A stretch of DNA of 64,000 nucleotides from Eledone cirrhosa. Lineage: Eukaryota. Where the stretch lies: assembly GCA_964016885.1 (NCBI GenBank), contig OZ024759.1, positions 25,110,001 through 25,174,000 of the forward strand, read 5' to 3'. The notes under the pieces were generated by a model. It did not search any database, was not told the DNA's origin, and saw only the letters and a program-made list of their open reading frames with translations. The position numbers and the translations under genes were made by a program. Below are positions 12,776 through 27,257 of the stretch, one piece after another. The stretch's first letter is position 1. Every line of letters begins with the position of its first letter.

Positions 12776-14110
12776 GCACACTACGACACCTTGGACAAGT
12801 GTCTTCCACTGTAGCCTCAGGTTGACCAATGCCACACTGTGACACCTTGGACAAGTGTCTTCTACTGTAACCTCAAGTTGACCAATGGCACACTGTGACA
12901 CCTTGGACAAGTGTCTTCCACTAAGCCTCAAGTTGACCAATGACACAATGTGACACCTTGGACAAGTGTCTTCTACTGTAACCTCAGGTTGACCAATGGC
13001 ACACTGTGACACCTTGGACAGGTGTCTTCCACTGTAGCCTCAAGTTGACCAATGGCACACTGTGACACCTTGGACAAGTGTCTTCTACTGTAACCTCAGG
13101 TTGACCAATGGCACACTGTGACACCTTGGACAAGTGTCTTCTACTGTAACCTCAGGTTGACCAATGGCACACTGTGACACCTTGGACAAGTGTCTTCCAC
13201 TGTAACCTCAAGTTGACCAATGGCACAGTGTGACACCTTGGACAGGTGCCCTCTATTGTAACCTCAGGTTGACCAATGGCACACTGTGACACCTTGGACA
13301 GGTGCCCTCTATTGTAACCTCAGGTTGACCAATGGCACACTGTGACACCTTGGACAAGTGTCTTCCACTGTAGCCTCAGGTTGACCAATGGCACAGTGTG
13401 ACACCTTGGACAAGTGTCTTCCACTGTAACCTCAAGTTGACCAATGACACACTGTGACACCTTGGACAAGTGTCTTCCACTGTAGCCTCAAGTTGACCAA
13501 TGACACACTGTGACACCTTGGACAAGTGTCTTCCACTGTAACCTCAGGTTGACCAATGGCACAGTGTGACAAGTGTCTTCCACTGTACCCTCAGGTTGAC
13601 CAATGGCACACTGTGCCACCTTGGACAAGTGTCTTCCACTGTAACCTCAGGTTGACCAATGGCACACTGTGCCACCTTGGACAAGTGTCTTCCACTGTAG
13701 CATCAGGTTGACCAATGACATACTGTGACACCTTGGACAAGTGTCTTCCACTGTAGCCTCAGGTTGACCAATGGCACACTGTGACACCTTGGACAAGTGT
13801 CTTCCACTGTAACCTCAGGTTGACCAATGGCACTCTGTGACACCTTGGACAAGTGTCTTCCACTGTAGCCTCAGGTTGACCAATGCCATAGTGTGACACC
13901 TTGGACAAGTGTCTTCCACTGTAGCCTCAGGTTGACCAATGGCACAGTGTGACACCTTGGACAAGTGTGTTCCACTGTAGCCTCAGGTTGACCAATGGCA
14001 CACTGTGACACCTTGGACAAGTGTGTTCCACTGTAGCCTCAGGTTGACCAATGGCACAGTGTGACACCTTGGACAAGTGTCTTCCACTGTAGCCTCAGTT
14101 TGACCAATGC
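12723..14110. repeat. 56-bp minisatellite (~25 units) derived from the SINE C core
   Basis: Unit tgtgacaccttggacaagtgtcttccactgtagcctcaggttgaccaatggcacac; period 56 (12846 to 12902). Confidence 0.95.
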
Positions 14111-15628
14111 CAGAGTGTGTATTTATATATGCAGATATATACACTGTGTGAATGTATGTATATATATATATATATATATATGGTGTGTGAGTGTATGTAA
14201 AAATACACTATGTATGTATATTTGTGTATGTATATATACAGATATATACTTTGTGTGTGTATAATGCCCTGAACCACGTGCGCTATGGAAAAACTACATA
14301 ACCCCCTAAGTGTGCATGTTTATATGCAAATATATACTATGTGTGAATGTATATATATTTGTGCATGTATGTGTATATATACTATCTGTGTATGTATATA
14401 CGCATATATATACTATGTGGGTATGTAGATATGGAAATATATGTTATGTGTGTATGTATATATGCAGATATATACGACATGGGTATGTTTATATGCAAAT
14501 ATATACTATATTAGAATGTGTATATATATATTGTGTGTATAAATGTAACATTACACTATGTATATATATTATTAGTGTAAGTAGATATGCAGATATATAC
14601 TATGAGTGAATGTATTTAAACACGTTATGTGTGTGTATATATGCATGTATATACTGTGTGCATATGAATATATGCATATAAATACTATATGTGTGTATGT
14701 ATACATGCATATAAATACTGTGTGTGTATGTACATATGTATATATATATACAGTGTGTGTATGTATATATGCATATATATATATACTCTGTGTGTATGTG
14801 TATATTCATATATATACTGTATGTGTGTATATATGCATATAAATACTATGTATGTGTATATAGATATGCATATATATACTGAGTGTGTATGTATATATGC
14901 ATATATATACTGAGTGTGTGTATGTATATACATATATATATATATATATTTATTTATATAACAGATTAAAGTTTAAGCAAAGAATCGCTGCTTTCACCCT
15001 TAACGGGATCTTCTGAAACTAACCTTTTATTATTATTATTATTATTATTACTATATATATATATGTATATATATATATACATTTATATATATGTACATAT
15101 GTGTGTGTGTATGTATATACGCATATAACTATATATATATATATTTACACACACTGTATGTGTGTATGTCTATACCAAAGGTGTGAAGCAAGGAAGTAAA
15201 TGATTGCCTATTACAAACATAGTTATCAAGACCCAATAAATATTTAATATATATCTGTACAGCAAAACTAAATTGCTCTCATTACACTACACACACATTA
15301 ACCATTATTTACTAAGTTGCATGATATATAACAATTTATATATACAAAGATATTTATGTATGTATGTATGTATTATGTACGAGCAAGACGTGGTCACTTC
15401 ACTGATCAAGACTTAAAACGTGACAACTCATTTAACCCATAGAAGTATGGAAAATAGACACAAAATGGTGATGACGATGATATATACACGCATGCATACA
15501 GGCAGAGATACATGCACACACAAACATACATATATATGTATGCAAAAAGTAAACAAAAATAACAAAGCCATCAACCCAATACAATGAAGAAATATATTAG
15601 TTTAACGCTTGATATATTAAGAAAAGCG

Positions 15629-15663
15629 TTTTAATGTGTCGGACACTAATCCTTCATCGGAAG
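15629..15663 (-). ncRNA. Degenerate hammerhead-ribozyme-like motif (same repeat family as 55911)
   Basis: Minus strand ttCCGATGA a GGA ttagtg TCC GACA cattaaaac; core altered at two conserved positions. Confidence 0.35.
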
Positions 15664-16042
15664 ATAGAATGAGAAATAAAAGATGAAACAGAAAGATAGA
15701 GGGTGAGAAACAGAAAAAAACAGACAGAAATTTTAAGAAAAGATATGTAGTCAGTTAGCCATATATATAAATATATTAGCAGTGGCACTAGCACAGTGTG
15801 ATATATAATAAAGGTATATGTGAAAATATATGAAAGATTAGTGGTTAGAGAATTGGATTCCCAAACATGAGGTTGTGAGTTCAATTTCTGAACGGGCGAT
15901 TGGAAAGACCAATGAAAACATTGTTTCCTTTGTCCAATTTGACAAGTTCCACCCCATTCAGTAAGTGAATGACGTCTGAGATCTTGTTGATTGTTCAAAA
16001 GAAAAAAATATGATAAATGTATATATAGATGAGATTCTGGTT

Positions 16043-16125
16043 TTGCCTGACGAGAAATTGGAGCTGGAGTCAGGTCTATAACACAAATATGGATCCTGAG
16101 CCACCCATCTGTGAAACGTTTGTAA
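16043..16125 (+). ncRNA. Type I hammerhead-like motif with extended stem II
   Basis: ttgc CTGACGA ...tcaggtctata-loop-tatggatcctga hairpin... t GAAA cgttt gtaa; AATAAA at 16138. Confidence 0.45.
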
Positions 16126-16246
16126 CTGAGCCTAATCAATAAAAACCTCAATGCGAAACCTCATTTTGTTCTTAATATATACACTCTGCTACAGCATAGA
16201 GTTCTAATATTGGTACCTACCTCAGTAAACCACAAATCTACTGAAT

Positions 16247-16292
<46 letters not shown>

Positions 16293-16919
16293 TATAAGAC
16301 TTTGTTCTTGCATTTCTGTATTTCTCTTGTCTATTCTTGAACTATATATATGTGTGTGTGTATTATCAATAAAGAGATCAATATATAATAGTGAGCAAAG
16401 GCACTGCACAAAGCCAGTCCCACTCTCTTAACCAAGATGATATTTACCAAAAAGAAGAACAAGTCAACATCATTGGATACCATCAGGGTTGCAGGTGTTA
16501 TATCAGAGTTTTCCTTCTAGAATTCTGCCTTGACAAAGGCTAAGGGGTCATCTCTCCCGGTGATTTTCGATGGCCATTGACTCTTAAGAGCTCCTTTGCC
16601 CCATATATATATATACATATATATATACATACATATGAAACACAAATTTAAATAATGTTGAAAACCAAACAAGCACTAGAAAGAAAATTAAAATTACTAA
16701 GATAACAAAAGAATCTTACTTTAGCAAATTTAATAATTGTTTCTACTTTAGGCACAAGGCCAACAATTTCCCAATACTTTATTTTATCGACCCCGTAAGG
16801 ATGAAAGGCAAAGTCAACCTCGAATAATCCCAAATATTTTCGGGTTTAAAAACCCATTATCAAGGTAGTAAGACTTAAAAGATCGATCGAAGTTGACTTG
16901 TTTGAAAAGCAAATTTAAG

Positions 16920-16950
<31 letters not shown>

Positions 16951-17392
16951 TGTATGTATGTATATATATACACCCACACATATATATATATATATATGAC
17001 AGAGAGAAGTGGGGAGAGTAAGAGGTCTTGCTATATTGCTATGTGTACACATATTTGGAAGACTGCATGTTGAATGTTGAACGCTTCTATGGAAAGCACC
17101 ACTTTAAAGTAACGCTAGTGGCAAGGGAAGAAAATATTTTTAATTAAACTATTCCATTAATTGGCATTTGCATAACATATCTCGCAGCAATGGAAAATTA
17201 TCTTTAAATAATTTGTTTAATCGGAATAAAAGGACAAATTCGTTTAAAACTAAAAATTCTTTCTTGAAAAACTACTAATCAACTGATGATAGTTGATTCA
17301 AAGTCTTTTACTGGAAGACATAAATGTTGAGTAACCAATTGAGAATCTTATTTTCCATTTTAATGGATTATTTGTGGCTGGATTCTTCTTAA

Positions 17393-18235
17393 TAATGGTT
17401 TCAGATTTAGGCATAAGGTCAACAATTTTTAGAGAGGAGAGGAAAGTCGATTAAATCAACCCCAGTTCATTACTGGTACTCTATTTTATCAACCCGCGTA
17501 AGGATAATAATAATAATGGTTTCAGATTTAAGCACAAGGTCAACAATTTTTTGAGGGGGAGGGGAGAGTCAATTAAAACAATCCAGTGCATTACTGTATG
17601 TTATTTCATCGACCCGGTAAGGATAGTAATAATAATAACAATGATTTCTAATTTATGCACAAAGCCAACAATATTTGGGGGGGCGGGGGGGGGGAAATCA
17701 ATTAAATCGACCCCAGTGTGTTACTGGTATTTTATTTCATCAATCCCTTAATGATGAAAGGCAAAGTTAACTTTGGCGGGATTTGAACTCAGAATGTAAA
17801 GGGACATAACTATATGCCACATAGCATTTTGTCCAACACTCTACTGATCCTGCTAATCCACCATTCTTAATAATAATTATTTCTAATTTTGGCACAAGGC
17901 CATGAATTATTTTATCGACCCCTTAAGGATGAAAGGAAAAGTTAACCTCGGCAGGATTTGAACTCAGATCATAAAGGGCCGTAACTCTATGCCGCAAAGC
18001 ATGGCGTCCGACCCTCTATCGATACTGCCAATCCCCCGTCTGATTTAGGTAAAAGACCAACAATTTGGGAGAGGGGAAAGTCGATTATATCAACCCAGTG
18101 CATTACTGGTACTTTAGTTCATCGACCCCGTAAGGCTGAAAGGCAAAGCTAAACTCAGAATGTAAAGAAACATAACTATATGCTACAAAGCATGCTGTCC
18201 GATGCTCTACCAATTCTGCCAATCCACTGCCCTTA
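17393..18235 (-). mobile_element. Head-to-tail cluster of SINE A copies and fragments
   Basis: About five tail segments (ggcacaaggcc...tcgaccc...aaggatgaaaggcaaag), several separated by (TAA)n. Confidence 0.8.
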
Positions 18236-18513
18236 GATTCTTTTTAATAATACAGTTGGTTTTAAGTGATAAGTCAAACTGACTACAATATGGCTGATAT
18301 CTATCTCAAATTAAATTCTAGTATCTGATCTGTGCTCTACTTTGTTCAAGGTCGAATCACGTGAGTCTCTTTAATGCCTAACTTCCTCATGAATTTACTA
18401 TATGAGCCATTGTAGAATACAGTGCACCACTGAGCCAGAAAGAGCGCTCAAGAAAGTTATGAGCCATAGGATAATAAAATTTACTGGTAGAATACAGTTT
18501 TTATATATATATA

Positions 18514-19820
18514 CAGGGTGTGGACGATATTTGTTCGCAATTTTCAACTGCTAATTTTATACAAATTTTTTTTACTTCCGTATTCACTCTTGTCTTCATA
18601 AAAACAGTGACTATATTTCCATTATTTATTTTCAGAATAATTGATTATGAATAATTTTGAACCTCCAAATTTGTGGAAGAGACACGGAGATCTTCTTGGA
18701 ATCCGCGCCGGGATGACAAATAAGGAAATTTCAGACGTTCTCAGCGTCAGCAGGAGAATGGCGGAAAAGGTCAGAAAATAATTGGAAGATTCAGGATTCG
18801 ACTACGAAGCAACTTCAGAGAGGAAAACACATGATCAATGATCTGACACCTTCAGAACGCCCGTATTTGTTGCTGAAGTTCAGGATGTCATCAACAATGA
18901 ACCTAGCAAGTCGATGCGTGCCATTGCAAGGGAGAAAGGTGTGGATGAAAAGCTCATTAGGCTGGTGGTACATGAAGACATTCGCTATGTTTCATACAAG
19001 ATGAGGAAAGGACAATTTCTGTCAAAGGCGATGCAAGAAAAGCGACTGAAGCACGTAAAGAAGCTGATCAACAAGTTGAAACACCCACTGGAGCCAGACA
19101 TGTTGTGGTTTTTCTCCGACAAGAAAAACTTCTGCCAAGACCAGAAGATCAACTCCCAGAACAACAGGTGGCTCGCTGTCTCATCCAAAGACATGCACAG
19201 AGTCATGCAGACAAAGTTTCCAGCGACAACATTGGTCTTAGGTGTCGTCAGCAGTCAAGGTGACGTCATGCCACCTCACTTTTTCCCTGAGGGCCTCAAG
19301 CTGAACACCGATGGCTACATCCACGTTCTGAGTGAGGAAGTAAAGCCCTTGATCGACCAGATAGCTGGAGGTACACCGTACGTCTGGCAGCAAGACTCAG
19401 CGCCCTGCCGTACCAGCCGAAAGACCCAAGCTTGGCTGTCAGAGAACTTCGTCGACCACACTTCACCTGACATCTGGCCTCCCAGTTCGTCTGACTGCAA
19501 CCCCCTCAACTTCTTTGTGTGGGGTGCAGTGGAACGAGACACCAACAGATCTAGCTGCAATACGAAAGACGATTTGAAGGCCAGGATCACAAGTGCCTTT
19601 AGGGGCCTAAGTCGGATGACAGTGACAAAGGCCTGTAGCTGGTTCCGAGGCCGCCTTGAGGCTGTAATCAAAGTCAATGGCGGGTTTATCAAGTGAGATC
19701 GAAAGAACAAGTCATGAAGACAAACTGACCCAAGTTTGATAAATATATCTTAAAAAATAAAACTACTGTGTTATTTTTTCATAGACAGTAATCTTGCGAA
19801 CAAATATCGTCCGCACCCTG
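18514..19820 (+). mobile_element. Full-length Tc1/mariner superfamily DD37D (maT) transposon, inactivated
   Basis: 27-bp TIRs cagggtgtggacgatatttgttcgcaa / ttgcgaacaaatatcgtccgcaccctg (1 mismatch); TA flanks within (TA)n; 1307 bp. Confidence 0.95.
18647..19696 (+). pseudogene. DD37D transposase pseudogene
   Basis: ATG 18647 is in frame with ORF 18914..19696; stops TAA 18779 and TGA 18839; motifs WFFSD, WQQDSAP and WPPSSSDCNPLN with 37 residues between the 2nd Asp and the 3rd site, which reads Asn. Confidence 0.9.
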
Positions 19821-20084
19821 TATATATATATATATATATATACACACACATTACATATATAACATGTAATAGATGTATATAATGACATGGCAATAAATAA
19901 TACAAAAACCACATATAACAACACTGAGTCACTTAACCTAACCAATAATTCAACTTTAAACATCACTTTAGCTATCAATTATTTGTCTTACTCGCTTTTA
20001 TTCTCATAAAATGTGTGATAATATGTATTTATATTCAGTACAGTGTCTATGTGTGTGTGCACTGTGTGAAAAAGTGTACCATCA

Positions 20085-20125
<41 letters not shown>

Positions 20126-20162
20126 TGATGATGATGATGATGATATATATATTTATATATAA

Positions 20163-20346
20163 ATTGTTATACTTTGGCAGGGTCATGCTGCCAATAAAAA
20201 CACATGCACCTGTTGGTTTTCACTTCAGTATATTACAAATTTCCAGTTAGTTGGTTTAATAACTGGAAATTTGTAATAAATTGAAGTGAAAATCAACAGG
20301 TGTATGTGTTTTTATTGGCAGCATGACCTTCCCAAAGTATAACAAT
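20163..20346. repeat. 184-bp near-perfect palindrome (87-bp arms, 10-bp loop)
   Basis: Arms 20163-20249 and 20260-20346 differ at 6 positions; flanked by (TA)n. Confidence 0.95.
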
Positions 20347-20958
20347 ATCTTACAAAATCGAAGCATATATATATATATATATATATATAGGATGGATTCA
20401 GTTTGAAACTGGTTAGACCATTACTCAACAGTGTACTCGATACTTGGCGTAGTAGAGTATGGTTATATTATAAAGAGTTGGGACTCCAATGGCTGAGCTA
20501 TTGCCAATTCAACAACTAGTTTCAGTCTGGAACTATCTGTTGAAAGAGTAAGAGCCCAGTCGTTGGGTCCCACAGCACACAACACAACACAATACACAAC
20601 ACCAACACTGCACACAACTCCAACATTGCACACCGAACCACAGCACAGCAACACAACATGCAACTCACAACTCAGCTTGTCATATGAAACTGACTTCATG
20701 TCACACATAAATGGTACTAAGTTGCTACTGTTGTTGTTATTGCTTCTGATATTGTTATTGCTGTTGTTGCTACTGTTATTGCTGTTGTTGCTACTGTTCT
20801 TGTCTGCACCCCACCCACACTCCACATCAGCTCTTATAGAAAGGGGATCTCCGGCTCTAGTCAAAGACATTCTAGCCGTGACTATCACACCCTTTTTAGA
20901 GGGCTATTTCTAAGACTACATTATATCTAGTGTGTCCTTTTCCTCATCTAAGACTGTA

Positions 20959-21690
20959 TTGTGTCATTTGAGGCAGATTTCACTGTTATTTCTACCAGGT
21001 CAAGAGACGACATAGAGGATCCCTCTATGGTTCTGTATAGAAGAGAGAGGCAGCATATGGTGTGATTTGAGGCAGATTTCACTGTTATTTCTAACCGGTC
21101 AAGAGACAACATAGAGGATCCCTCTATGGCTCTGTATAGAAGAGAGAGGCAGCATATGGTGTGATTTGAGGCAGATTTCACTGTTATTTCTAACCGGTCA
21201 AGAGACGACATAGAGGATCCCTCTATGGCTCTGTATAGAAGAGAGAGGCAGCATATGGTGTGATTTGAGGCAGATTTCACTGTTATTTCTAACCGGTCAA
21301 GAGACAACATAGAGGATCCCTCTATGGCTCTGTATAGAAGAGAGAGGCAGCATATGGTGTGATTTGAGGCAGATTTCACTGTTATTTCTAACCGGTCAAG
21401 AGACGACATAGAGGATCCCTCTATGGCTCTGTATAGAAGAGAGAGGCAGCATATGGTGTGATTTGAGGCAGATTTCACTGTTATTTCTAACCGGTCAAGA
21501 GACAACATAGAGGATCCCTCTATGGCTCTGTATAGAAGAGAGAGGCAGTGTATGGTGTGATTTGAGGCAGATTTCACTGCTATTTCTACCATATCGAGAG
21601 ACCTGTATATAGGAGAGTGGCAGGGGTATGGTATGATTTGAGGTATATTTCACTGCTATTTCTACCATGTCGAGAGACCTGTATATAGGA
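20959..21690. repeat. 99-bp minisatellite (~7 units)
   Basis: tgtgatttgaggcag recurs at 21061 and 21160; each unit contains the hairpin catagagg-atc-cctctatg. Confidence 0.95.
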
Positions 21691-21914
21691 AAGAGGTGGG
21701 ACAGTAATGTTTGACAATTGGAACTGGACAGAATTTCATTTAATTCAAAATCCAGAGAAAACACCCTAAGGTATGACAGGTATGTTTTAGTGGAGTACAT
21801 TATAGTCTCAGACTACAACAACACCAACAACAATACCAACTACTACGACTACAGTCTAGGAGGGCAACACCACCACCATTAACTACAACTATAACACCGA
21901 CAACTACAACAAGG

Positions 21915-23423
<1,509 letters not shown>

Positions 23424-25891
23424 AAGTGGGAGTTAATGTTTTGTCTCCAAAGAATATTACAGACGTAGACAAAACGGTGGAGAACAACAATGGCAGCGCC
23501 GCTGCTGTGGTGGTGGGGGAGGGGAGGGAGGAGAGAAACTATGTAAAGAATTCACTTCATCATTACAACCGCTACGTGGTCATTTATTTTGCTGGAAATA
23601 ACAGCAGCCAAATCTCTCACTCTTCCTGTCTCTGGTGTGGTCACACCTTACATGTAGGAACGGCGACATTTCTAGTAATACTTCCATTATAGACTTGCCT
23701 CTCTCCTCCACCGCCACCACTAACACCACCACTAGCACTAACACCAAGACCACTAACGCCATGACCATCACCACCACCACTAACACCGGAACCACCATCA
23801 CCAACACTACTAATATCACCATCACTACTAACGCACCACCACCACCACCACCATCACCAACACTTCCTCAGACAGATCGAAGACAAGCCCCGATTTCGGT
23901 GTGATTCGAACTTAGATTATAGTAACCCACGACTCTGCGGTAATTAAGTCGCCGGTGGGGGCATGAGAAGGGTGGTTGTGGTTTCTATTTAAACCATCTA
24001 AGCAGGATTTGAACTCAGAACGTAATGGATCAAGTTCAAATCCTGCCGAGCTTAGCTTTTCATCCTAAAACAGGGGTCGATTAAATTAAGTACCAATAAC
24101 ACACTGGAGTCAATTTAATCGACTTTCCTCACTTTCCCTTCAAATTACTAGCCTTGTGCCAAAAGTAGAAACAATTATTATTACACCTCTATTTACGGTG
24201 CTAGAATCGGTAGAGCGCTCTGGGTTCAGTTCAAATCACGCTAAGGTTAGCTTGGGTTTTCATCCTTACAGAGGTTGATAAAATAAAGTACCAGTGACAC
24301 ACTGTGGTCGATTTAATTGACGTTCCCCTTCCCCAAAATTGTTGGCCTTGTGCCTAAATCAGAAACCATTATTTGTAAACAACAACAACAACTGCTGCTG
24401 CTGCTACTACTACTACTACCACGCTGTTGTTATGTGTAATTCTATATATAAATGTGTGTGTGCATATATATATATAGAGAGAGAGAGGGAGAGAGAAAGA
24501 GAATGCGGTGCTGACACAGGCCGGAACCGCTAGGCGCAGAGGTCGAGATTTTACATATCTCTATAAATAAATAAATATATATATATATAAATAAATATAT
24601 ATATACATACATAAATAAATATATACATACATATATACATACATACATACATACATATACGTACATATATTTCATAAATATATACACCCTCACGCATAAA
24701 TACACATACAAAGAAATATATGTGTATATATATATATATACATGCACTTTATGTAATCTCTTTCTCTCTCTGTAATGTTCTCTCATAACAAACAATAGTA
24801 ACAATAACAATAATGGTTTCTTTCTTAGCAACACAGAGCTTACATTAAGAAAACAATCGAGATCGCGCAATGGGTGCGTGGGGTGTGTGTGTAAAAAATG
24901 TTATAATAAAAATAATAATAATGATGATCGTTGTTGTTATTATATGCAGGTTCAATATAGTCTGTTTGTCTGTCTGGTATGGCGGTGTGTTGTAGTGTAA
25001 AATATAACAACAGTGGCGGGGTGAGATGTAGGAGAAAGATCATGATGACGGCTACGGCTATCATTGGAATGATGATGGTAGCTTTCTTTGTACACCATAC
25101 GATGGCTTCCATTACAACACACATACACACACACGTGTGTGTGTATGTATATATATATATATATATATATATAGTTCAAAAGGAAAACAAACAAACGCAT
25201 ATATTATACTACATACATAGCACACGCACTACATATACACTCATATTGTGCACATACATTATGGGTGTGTGTGTATATATATATACACATACACAGCATA
25301 CACTACATACACAGCATACTACACACACACAACACATACAATACGTACGCGCAGTATTTAAACATACATACATGTACAGTACATACATATATACTACATA
25401 TAAAACATTCAGTACATATATACATACACAGTACATATATACATACACACATACACCGTACATATATACATTCATACACACACCGTAGTTGCTAGAAAAT
25501 TATTATTACTTCTTTATTATAATAACGATTACAATGGCTAATATTGATAAAAATGAAGACCAATTAATAAATATACACGTTATATATATCCTTTATAAAC
25601 GCTATAAATATCTGAATATACGTTCTGTACACACATACATGTATGTGTGTGTAGTTGTATACATATACGCTGTATTCTTGCATGTATATATACATAAATA
25701 TATATGTATACATGCAAGAATACAGCGTATATGTATATGTATATATATATATGTATGTGTTTGTGTGTGTATATATCGATGTTTCTTTCACATTAAGCAA
25801 TTACCGAGACAGACGCAGTGTGTTTTTTTTTATATTATTTTGGTGTGTGTGTTTGCTTTGAATAAGCAGGGCATCTGTGTACACTTAGCGT

Positions 25892-25937
<46 letters not shown>

Positions 25938-26174
25938 TCGATACGCTAAGAGTACACACACACATACATAATGTCAATTTACTGAAGAAAGGCGGTGACT
26001 CAATGGAAAGAGAAAGATATACATACATACATACATACATATATATGTAGGAGGTGAGTTTTATTGTAGTACAATAAAGCAATGCAGATATCGGATAAGA
26101 AGCACTCTACAGTTTGTGGGACTGGAGTATGCATAATATATATATACATAATATATAATACATACATATATATT

Positions 26175-26223
<49 letters not shown>

Positions 26224-26668
26224 TGTATGTATACAGAGAGAGAGATTTATAGAGATAGATAGATATAACAAGCCGAATACCTCTCACCGTTTTAGGCCAT
26301 ATTTATACAAGCAAATTAGGCAATTTATGATGAGAGAAAATGTGAAATAATAGTAGAATATTTACCATAGTGTTGTAATCAATGTGCGAGATGGTGGGAA
26401 AAAAAGAAAATATCCCTGCAATGTACAATAAAATCCGTTTGACAATTGAGCAGAGTTGATGTTATTCACATCCCCAACCCTCCCTTTGAAATCGAGGCCT
26501 AAACATTGCGGTGTTCTGTTGAAATGGTCTCCGACAAGTATTGTTCCACTCGTTCCACTCTGCTGTTATCCGGGAATCGACAATTATTAAATTGTCCGTA
26601 TAGCAATACAAATTAGAGGATTTTATATATTTATATATCTATATACATGTATATATGTGTATATATGT

Positions 26669-26713
<45 letters not shown>

Positions 26714-26751
26714 TGTATATGAATATATGTGTGTGTGTGTGTGTGTGTGTA

Positions 26752-27121
26752 TACCTAAGTACAAAGCGAAACCTACAGTCAGTAGTCACCTCTTAACAAA
26801 AATACACCCCCACCGCATCCACACCACCTCTTTCGATGTAAAGTTATGTTGGTACCACAACATCCAGTCCGAAACAAATGAGGTCGTGTAGGTGTCACGA
26901 CAAAAAAACACACAGTCCACGCTGTAATGTGGCGGTGTAGGTAACACGGTAAAAACCTCCCAGTCCACACTGTAAACGTGGTTGGTGTTAGGAAGGGCAT
27001 CCAGCCGTAGAAAACCCGCCAGACAGTCCTATACGAGCAAGACAACCAATCTTGCCTCAAGTGGGAAAATTCCCGTCCAAACCCATGCAAGCGTGGAAGA
27101 TGGACGTTAAACGATGATGAT
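26752..27121 (+). mobile_element. Isolated long 3' UTR of the young RTE family, truncated near the stop codon
   Basis: Begins tacctaagtacaaagcgaaacctac, matching the ORF end of the 63284 copy; ends gcaagcgtggaagatggacgttaaacgatgatga; flanked by (TG)/(TA)n. Confidence 0.8.
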
Positions 27122-27199
27122 TATATATATATATATATATATATAAATGAAATAAAATAACAGGAGGCTGGACTGGTGTAAATCCTTGAAAAGTTTATT

Positions 27200-27257
27200 A
27201 TACTATGATTATTTCAATGACCGGGTTCCATATGAATCCGGTGATATCATCAGGTAT
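27200..27257 (-). ncRNA. Minimal type I hammerhead-ribozyme-like motif
   Basis: Minus strand ATAC CTGATGA t atcaccgg attc-atatg-gaac ccggtcat t GAAA taatc ATA GTAT, then AATAAA (27194-27199). Confidence 0.5.

Noticed and set aside
12723-14110. CRISPR or regulatory array
   Set aside because: Contiguous 56-bp tandem repeat without spacers, traceable to a SINE core
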